A DNA stretch of 24,000 nucleotides from Vibrio phage phiKT1028, in the sequence record OP123707.1. The stretch is one strand, 5' to 3'. The notes below the pieces were generated by a model, which worked only from the letters and a program-made list of their open reading frames with translations, was not told the origin of the DNA and did no database searches. The position numbers and the translations under genes are program-made. Positions 1 through 5,967 of the stretch are shown here, piece by piece. The first letter of the stretch is position 1; each line of letters starts with the position of its first letter.

Positions 1-1
1 C

Positions 2-1501
2 CGACAAATCCTTTTAGATAAAGCTGCGTTAATTCGTATTTCGCTAGCCGAATCCAAAGGGGATGCCGCTGACATCGCGCTTACTAAGTCTCGGTTTGAA
101 AACCTAACCAATGACGAAGTTGAGTATTTAAGCATTACGGAGTCCCCGACGATCTCTCGCCGTTTTATCGGTAAGATTCGTATTTCAGCTCGAGACAGTT
201 TCGAGTTTGTCCAGAAGTGGTCTCCAGGTGATCTCGTGACCATTCTTAACACCGAAGGAACTACTGTCATTCCTTCTTACGACAGTTTCGATGAGTTCGT
301 TGCAGTCCCAGGAAAATATTTGGTCGAAGACATTAATGAATTGTGTCTGGTGGTTAAAGACGTTTCTACGATTGAAGAGATTCAAGAACTCTTAGGTTTT
401 GAATTCGAACCGGGTGAATTAGAGTTAAATCTGAAACACCTGAAAATCGATTCTCCGATCGTCGAAGGTACCATGCCGATTAAAGAGCAAATTGCTACTC
501 CAGACGGCACCGTGACTGATGGCTCTGCTATTGACGTGGTGGATGAAACCGGTGGAACCTTCATCATTCCTGCCAACCCGCACGCCAGTGAACAACCGAT
601 TACCATTGAACGTATAAACGTTCCGCCTCCTTTCAGTGACGAGATCAACAACAAAGCAAAAGGTCGTTTTGTTGGAGATCACCGTAACAATGAAGTTATT
701 GAAGGTACCTTGGACGCTGAGAAGAAATGGAAACCGGATCTTAAGGTTAAACACCAAAAAGGTAAAAAAGTAAAACTTGAAGTTACCGTTGGTGTGGATG
801 CTGATAAAGTAACTAACGAATATTCAGTGGAATACATTAATGAAAATTGGCGTATCGATGCATACAGTGTGGAAGCACCTGTTCGTCGTGTCGGTCATCC
901 ATTTGATTTAGTGGGTACGGTTATTGGTGATCTAGGCTCGACTCCATGGGGTGACGATACTACAGACCCAGGCATTTTCATAGAAGAGGCTGGAGAAGAC
1001 GCGGTTGAGTTTGCGTTTGAACCAGACGATTCGTTCGACCTTGCACACATCCCTGTGGTTGAGGGTGACATGACGGTTCGTTTTGTTTGTGGTTTGACTC
1101 AAGACCTCAACTACTTCACTGAAACCTTCACGATCTTGGGCCCTCTCCAAGAAACTGATTTGACGTTCGGTGCTTTAGCGGTAGATCAAACTGAAGTGGA
1201 AGTATCCGTACCGGTGACGTTCACAACCACATTGCTTTCAAGCGATGGTCTGACTATGGAGTCGGCGGTTGTAGACGTGGTGGTGGATGGTGTAGTGTTG
1301 GGTCAAGTCTCCCCGGATGCAGAAGGTAACATCACCTACGTGTTATCTTCTTCAGACACTCCATCAACTTATGACGTTTTACTACGCCTTGGTGCACAGG
1401 AATCAAATGCAGTTACCCTAACTGTAGGTGGTGGTGGTGCTGAAGGTCCTACTGGTGTAGAGATTGAAGACAACGGTCAAACGTCTATTTTAGTTGAATA
1501 A
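2..1501 (+). CDS. 5'-truncated probable virion/structural protein with C-terminal Ig-like beta domain
   Basis: Frame 2 is open from the window edge (RQILLDKAALIRISLAESKGD...) through the track ORF at GTG 236 to TAA at 1501, so the true start is probably upstream of the window. The C-terminus (VTFTTTLLSSDGLTMESAVVDVVVDGVVLGQVSPDAEGNITYVLSSSDTPSTYDVLLRLG) has Ig-like strand rhythm. The function is inference. Confidence 0.7.
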   Translation, partial: RQILLDKAALIRISLAESKGDAADIALTKSRFENLTNDEVEYLSITESPTISRRFIGKIRISARDSFEFVQKWSPGDLVTILNTEGTTVIPSYDSFDEFVAVPGKYLVEDINELCLVVKDVSTIEEIQELLGFEFEPGELELNLKHLKIDSPIVEGTMPIKEQIATPDGTVTDGSAIDVVDETGGTFIIPANPHASEQPITIERINVPPPFSDEINNKAKGRFVGDHRNNEVIEGTLDAEKKWKPDLKVKHQKGKKVKLEVTVGVDADKVTNEYSVEYINENWRIDAYSVEAPVRRVGHPFDLVGTVIGDLGSTPWGDDTTDPGIFIEEAGEDAVEFAFEPDDSFDLAHIPVVEGDMTVRFVCGLTQDLNYFTETFTILGPLQETDLTFGALAVDQTEVEVSVPVTFTTTLLSSDGLTMESAVVDVVVDGVVLGQVSPDAEGNITYVLSSSDTPSTYDVLLRLGAQESNAVTLTVGGGGAEGPTGVEIEDNGQTSILVE

Positions 1502-1548
1502 CAAAATCCCTAACGGGAACAGTGGTTTAAAAAGACTATAAGTAGAAT

Positions 1549-1585
1549 AAGGTAGGAGGATAAAACCTCCTACCTTATTTATTTT
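1549..1585 (+). terminator. Rho-independent terminator
   Basis: Perfect 11-bp stem AAGGTAGGAGG(ataaaa)CCTCCTACCTT followed by atttatttt. Confidence 0.9.
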
Positions 1586-1591
1586 AAAACC

Positions 1592-1599
1592 TATATTAC
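1592..1599 (+). promoter_or_regulatory. Putative phage promoter element TATATTAC
   Basis: CCTATATTAC lies just after a terminator and 42 bp before ATG 1642. The same 10-mer recurs at 10555..10564 and nearly so on the minus strand at 22146..22155. Confidence 0.55.
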
Positions 1600-1602
1600 T
1601 TG

Positions 1603-1627
1603 AGTGTAAAGGACGTCAATTTACACT
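1603..1627 (+). promoter_or_regulatory. 5' leader hairpin
   Basis: AGTGTAAA(ggacgtcaa)TTTACACT, an 8-bp stem directly between the TATATTAC motif and the RBS ggggaag. Confidence 0.4.
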
Positions 1628-1641
1628 TTTGGGGAAGAAAC

Positions 1642-2400
1642 ATGACCAAACAACATCATGAATTTTGTAGTGATTTTAAAGAGTTAATGGTTTCTTTATC
1701 GTGGCTAGGGCAGTTAGTGAGCTATGTTAAGGAATTCGGTGCTTATGAAGATCAACGTCTCTTAGTAACCGACAACATCGCATTCGGCATCCATTATGAA
1801 CCTTATGGTGCGCATTATTTTTATTTGGACGAACAAGGAATAAGAACTGAAATCGTACTGAATAAAAATGGACGTGTTCCGTTGGTTAAGGTGATTACGG
1901 GATTACGAGAATTACTCGTTGGCAATCCAGAGTTATTCCGTTTGATGGTGGAGAATGCACAGGGCTTAAAGTACATCATCAAAAAGCAGTACGCAGAACT
2001 GATGCGTGAACACAGTGAAGATCTTTCTGACCGTTTGTTGTCCTTTGGTTTTTCGGATTACAAAAAGGTCGTAGAAACCGATCTGGTGACGAGTTCCCGT
2101 GACTGGGTAACATTATGGGCTTGGTTCTTTACTCGCCCGTATATCGCCGCACAGTTCGGATTAGGGCATGATGAGTCCATTACGTTAGGTGTCTCAACTA
2201 CCCAACCACGGACCCGATACTACCGAGAGTGTAAAGTGAACTTAATGCGAGGCGATATGGATCATTACTATATCACATTGCATTTCGAAACGCTCAAGAG
2301 TACCGAGACCGCCATTCTTTACCGCCACCTAGAACCGTCCTTCTGGTCGGATAACGAAGTGGAAACTATCCAACTTATCAAAAGCATTTGTAAAGGTTAA
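1642..2400 (+). CDS. Hypothetical protein (252 aa)
   Basis: The track ORF begins at TTG 1600. ATG 1642 (MTKQHHEF...) has RBS ggggaag at good spacing and is preferred. Confidence 0.8.
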   Translation: MTKQHHEFCSDFKELMVSLSWLGQLVSYVKEFGAYEDQRLLVTDNIAFGIHYEPYGAHYFYLDEQGIRTEIVLNKNGRVPLVKVITGLRELLVGNPELFRLMVENAQGLKYIIKKQYAELMREHSEDLSDRLLSFGFSDYKKVVETDLVTSSRDWVTLWAWFFTRPYIAAQFGLGHDESITLGVSTTQPRTRYYRECKVNLMRGDMDHYYITLHFETLKSTETAILYRHLEPSFWSDNEVETIQLIKSICKG

Positions 2401-2402
2401 GC

Positions 2403-2430
2403 GCTAAGGTTGTCGAAAGACAACCTTAGC
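2403..2430. other. Perfect 12-bp intergenic hairpin with GAAA tetraloop, no T-tract
   Basis: GCTAAGGTTGTC(gaaa)GACAACCTTAGC between stop 2400 and RBS/ATG 2449. Confidence 0.85.
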
Positions 2431-2448
2431 CTACCACTAGGAGCTATC

Positions 2449-3483
2449 ATGGAAATTTTATCTAAAGTTATTACTACCACTCTTGACGAATTGGACGAAC
2501 AAGTCAAACCGTTTTTAATTGACAAAGAGTCCTTACACGAGTTCGGGGCAATCGATCACGTTCAGTGGCGATTTAAGTATTACCCTAAAACGGACATTGA
2601 ACGTCAGTACACCAATCTGGATACCCACTACGACATCGATGATCAAGAACTCGATATCTTCGCTGGGTCTTTCCCTTTACGCATTGTGACTCGTTACGTG
2701 AGTGTGCAATCTCTGGCGGACTGGATCCCAAAGAGTCGTACCGCACCTTGGCTGGATGCGTATTTGGATTACGCGGTGACCATGAAACAGATTTGTGATG
2801 TCATGGCAAAACTGGGACCGTTGGATGAACCATTGAAATACGAACTGAATCTGCACGGGTTTGTGAGTATCGTGTTCAAACGTACCGCCGAAGGACGATT
2901 CCAAAACATCTTCCGCCCAACGCCATTAGTGAACTTGCTTTCACAATATGACGTGGAAAGAGGTTCTATGTACCCTAGGAGGATAGCGGACTGGTTCCGA
3001 TTGAATCCTGGGTTGGGTCGTGAGGTTGTTCTAGAGCTCCGTAAACAGTTCTTTTTATTGGAAGGTGTCGTAGCTGAAGAATATCGCGCTCCTAAAGCGT
3101 TGAGAGCGATGTTTGAGTTATTTAAAGGTAATGACTCACAGAAATACATGTCGACGTATGGGCACCTTCCTGCGCCTCGTATGGCATCGTCTCACCGTGG
3201 GGTAAAATACATTTGTGGGGTCGAGCGTCGGGATTACGATTTGGTCGTTTATGTGCGTTCAGATAAAGAGGATCTTTGGACGTTCAACATGAGCACTATG
3301 GAGTGGGACTACCCGTCGTCACAGCTCTTACCATCGGACTACTTATTTATCCAGAATTTAACTCACGTTTGTTTTGGGCATTACTTAAACCAATCCGAGG
3401 CTGAACCGATTCGTAAAGTTCAGCTTGCCCGTCAATTCAAAGATTTTATGATCTCACCAACAGAAGGAAATGATCGTGTATAA
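2449..3483 (+). CDS. Hypothetical protein (344 aa)
   Basis: ATG 2449 (MEILSKV...) is preceded by ggag. The track start TTG 2410 lies inside the hairpin and is unlikely. Confidence 0.8.
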   Translation: MEILSKVITTTLDELDEQVKPFLIDKESLHEFGAIDHVQWRFKYYPKTDIERQYTNLDTHYDIDDQELDIFAGSFPLRIVTRYVSVQSLADWIPKSRTAPWLDAYLDYAVTMKQICDVMAKLGPLDEPLKYELNLHGFVSIVFKRTAEGRFQNIFRPTPLVNLLSQYDVERGSMYPRRIADWFRLNPGLGREVVLELRKQFFLLEGVVAEEYRAPKALRAMFELFKGNDSQKYMSTYGHLPAPRMASSHRGVKYICGVERRDYDLVVYVRSDKEDLWTFNMSTMEWDYPSSQLLPSDYLFIQNLTHVCFGHYLNQSEAEPIRKVQLARQFKDFMISPTEGNDRV

Positions 3484-3805
3484 ACAAGATTTAGAGATTT
3501 ACCGTGGAAACGTTGATACCTTTGGCACTCGTCCAACTGGAAAATACTTTCATGTGGACAAACATGAAGTGTTGATGATCACTCGTATGTGTGATGAGTC
3601 GGGGGAAGATAACCTACCTCCGGTAGAAGACGACAAACTCCCTAAACATTTGCAAGAGTTCTTTGGTCAAGTGAAAGAAGTCTTTGAATGTGAAGATGTG
3701 TTAGACATGGTTGGTGTTGCTCCTAACGACGCACCATTCGATCACATGTGGGTGTTGGGTGACTACGTTGTTTGTCTCAACGTTAAACCATTAAGCGATA
3801 AATAA
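3470..3805 (+). CDS. Small acidic hypothetical protein
   Basis: Overlaps the upstream stop codon. Start is ATG 3470 or, with better RBS spacing to aagga, GTG 3476. Confidence 0.7.
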   Translation: MIVYKQDLEIYRGNVDTFGTRPTGKYFHVDKHEVLMITRMCDESGEDNLPPVEDDKLPKHLQEFFGQVKEVFECEDVLDMVGVAPNDAPFDHMWVLGDYVVCLNVKPLSDK

Positions 3806-3816
3806 GTTTTTACTCC

Positions 3817-3889
3817 GTGTACCGATTTTATTGATCGAAAAACTTCACTTCTCACAAACAGAAAATCAATAAAAATCAATAAGGTACAC
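3817..3889. repeat. Extended interrupted inverted repeat plus 10-bp-period direct repeat
   Basis: gtgtaccgattttattgat ... atcaataaaaatcaataaggtacac. The arms GTGTACC/GGTACAC are exact, and gattttattgat pairs with atcaataaaaatc apart from one extra A. AAAATCAAT occurs twice at 10-bp spacing (3862, 3872). Confidence 0.7.
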
Positions 3890-3892
3890 ATT

Positions 3893-4348
3893 ATGAAAAC
3901 TTCTTTAGTAACAGCAATTCAAGGTCTGGTTAGTAAGCAGCAACCTGAAGTATTGGAAGGTGACTTCAATGTCGACCTAGACACAATACAACAGAACTGC
4001 GACTACCCGGACCGTTTTACTGCTGAAGGGTTCTTAAACGGTAAACGTATTCCGTTGGCTTGGAAACGTGTTAGCTTCACGGCTCTGTTAAACTCTGTTT
4101 CACAAGGCTTTGTTGCTCGTGATGACGCGGACCAGGAAGGTGTGTTTTATGATGGTAAGATCATGCACCACTACATCGCTGTTCGCCCTAACCACAACCT
4201 GGACGACGTTAACCGCATCTTAGGATCCCAATTTACAAAAGACCAATTGCTCTTTAAACCGGAGCGAATGGAAGGACGATGGGTATTAGACCACCCATGT
4301 TACTACGGACGTATATTTACTCAAGTCTTGCTTCCTAAAGCGAGCTAG
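3893..4348 (+). CDS. Hypothetical protein (151 aa)
   Basis: ORF with ATG and upstream aaggt; no recognised family. Confidence 0.8.
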   Translation: MKTSLVTAIQGLVSKQQPEVLEGDFNVDLDTIQQNCDYPDRFTAEGFLNGKRIPLAWKRVSFTALLNSVSQGFVARDDADQEGVFYDGKIMHHYIAVRPNHNLDDVNRILGSQFTKDQLLFKPERMEGRWVLDHPCYYGRIFTQVLLPKAS

Positions 4349-4368
4349 CTATGTAAGGTTTTACAACC

Positions 4369-4890
4369 ATGAAACAAGAACAAATATTCAATAAAGTGGT
4401 TTCAGATTTCAGCGCAGGCGTGTTAGGTTTCCGTAATGGTAATCAGACACAGGCTTTAAACAACATCGCCAATCATCTTCGATCGGCACGCCATGGGCTA
4501 CGACGCAGCATTCAACCTATGGCAGGTAAACAACCTCTTACGGTGAGCAATTACTTGGAGATCTCGATTGACCTTAAGTCTTTTCGTACGGATCTTTGCA
4601 GTAAGCTGTCGCTAGGTGAGGGTGTTAACCTTCGTGAGTTACCAATCAAATCTCCACTTACTGAAGTCTTGCGTGAAGACTACTTCCGACACGTTTGCAT
4701 TGAAGCTTATCGTAAAGCTAAACGCGAAGAAGAACACTACTTTACGGGAGAGACGTTGCATGAGCGTTTTATCGACGAGCTCAACAACCAACTCCCAGAA
4801 GGTGCACGCTTGGGCTTAAGTGGTTCGATCCATCGCCCTCATACTCCACACACCAGTTTCGTATTGAAGCTGACTGATCTCGTGGAGTAA
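4369..4890 (+). CDS. Hypothetical protein (173 aa)
   Basis: ORF with tight spacing to neighbouring genes. Confidence 0.8.
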   Translation: MKQEQIFNKVVSDFSAGVLGFRNGNQTQALNNIANHLRSARHGLRRSIQPMAGKQPLTVSNYLEISIDLKSFRTDLCSKLSLGEGVNLRELPIKSPLTEVLREDYFRHVCIEAYRKAKREEEHYFTGETLHERFIDELNNQLPEGARLGLSGSIHRPHTPHTSFVLKLTDLVE

Positions 4891-4894
4891 GCTT

Positions 4895-5383
4895 ATGAAC
4901 ACCAATCTTTCAATTGATCTCGGAATCGAGGAAGGAGATTCCACGAAGTACGAAGTCGGTCAGTATTGGTGTGTCGTAAAAAGAGCAGGTGGTCAATTGA
5001 CCGGAACGGTTGGTTCCTCTGGAAAGGGGAACCAGCTTACTAAATCTATTGCTTTTTCAATATTTCGTCCTGTTAGCGACGATGACCTCATAGCGGTATA
5101 TAGTGAGTGGCTAACAAACGTCAAGTTGTACTACACACACTCAAAGCGAACGTATCGATTCGTTTTAACTGTACTCAAGGCTTTACTTTCCAATTACACC
5201 CAACGCATTTGGCCTATCGTTTATCGTAATCGCAGCACCTCATTGTTGTTAACCGATAATCGCATGGTGACCATCAAAATAGATGGACAACGTCCAACCT
5301 CGATGGCACTCGAACACTGGAATCCAGCTATACTGGAACATCGCTTATTCCCCTACGCCAAATTAAAACAAACTCTTATTTAA
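4895..5383 (+). CDS. Hypothetical protein (162 aa)
   Basis: ORF starting 4 nt after the previous stop, with ggag upstream. Confidence 0.8.
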   Translation: MNTNLSIDLGIEEGDSTKYEVGQYWCVVKRAGGQLTGTVGSSGKGNQLTKSIAFSIFRPVSDDDLIAVYSEWLTNVKLYYTHSKRTYRFVLTVLKALLSNYTQRIWPIVYRNRSTSLLLTDNRMVTIKIDGQRPTSMALEHWNPAILEHRLFPYAKLKQTLI

Positions 5384-5393
5384 GGAATTTCCC

Positions 5394-5915
5394 ATGACAA
5401 ACATTATTGAAACTATCGAACCTTTTGTAGGTCGCACCTTTATGTACTCCACCATGACTGAGTCTTCTATCTCTGCTCATTATGATGGTCACAAAGCCCA
5501 CCTAATGATCCAGATGGATGACGGGAAAACAGTCCGTACGATTCGTCGCCAATATTCCCGCAAGTTCCTAGACCAGTTCGCTGGCTTTGGTAAATGGAAC
5601 GAAAACAATTTAACTCAAGTCTTGTTAGGGATTTACATTCTGGATCCTAAGGGTCTTTACCAATTAACTCGAGCGCCTCGTGAATGTTTATCAGCACTCA
5701 TCGATACGTATCGTAAAGACTTCATGTTGACAGGCACGCTGTTCTACATGACCCTCGAACTCACCAAGGACACATTGAAAGTCACCAGTCAACGTCAACC
5801 AGATATTTATATACAAACTCGCAGCATTAAAGAAGTCACTAAAACCACGTACGCTCCAGTGATGACGCTGGGGTTTAATCATACTCCTCGTCGTCGTGTT
5901 CACGTGGAAGCATAA
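5394..5915 (+). CDS. Hypothetical protein (173 aa)
   Basis: ORF with RBS aagga and ATG 5394, followed by a terminator. Confidence 0.8.
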   Translation: MTNIIETIEPFVGRTFMYSTMTESSISAHYDGHKAHLMIQMDDGKTVRTIRRQYSRKFLDQFAGFGKWNENNLTQVLLGIYILDPKGLYQLTRAPRECLSALIDTYRKDFMLTGTLFYMTLELTKDTLKVTSQRQPDIYIQTRSIKEVTKTTYAPVMTLGFNHTPRRRVHVEA

Positions 5916-5916
5916 A

Positions 5917-5967
5917 TAACTACCCCTCCTTAACAGGAGGGGTAGTTACTTTCATTTCTTTATTTTT
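5917..5967. terminator. Terminator between convergent genes
   Basis: 14-bp perfect stem TAACTACCCCTCCT(taac)AGGAGGGGTAGTTA followed on + by ctttcatttctttattttttt. Confidence 0.9.

Noticed and set aside
2403-2430. Reading the 12-bp hairpin as an intrinsic terminator
   Set aside because: No T-tract on either strand, while all convincing terminators in this window have one.
382-3149. Minus-strand ORFs 382..654, 425..757, 932..1150, 2677..2904, 2769..3149 and plus ORF 185..385
   Set aside because: Antisense or out-of-frame to well-supported plus-strand genes.
3817-3889. CRISPR or tRNA-like interpretation of the repeats
   Set aside because: Only two short direct repeats with no spacers and no cloverleaf potential.
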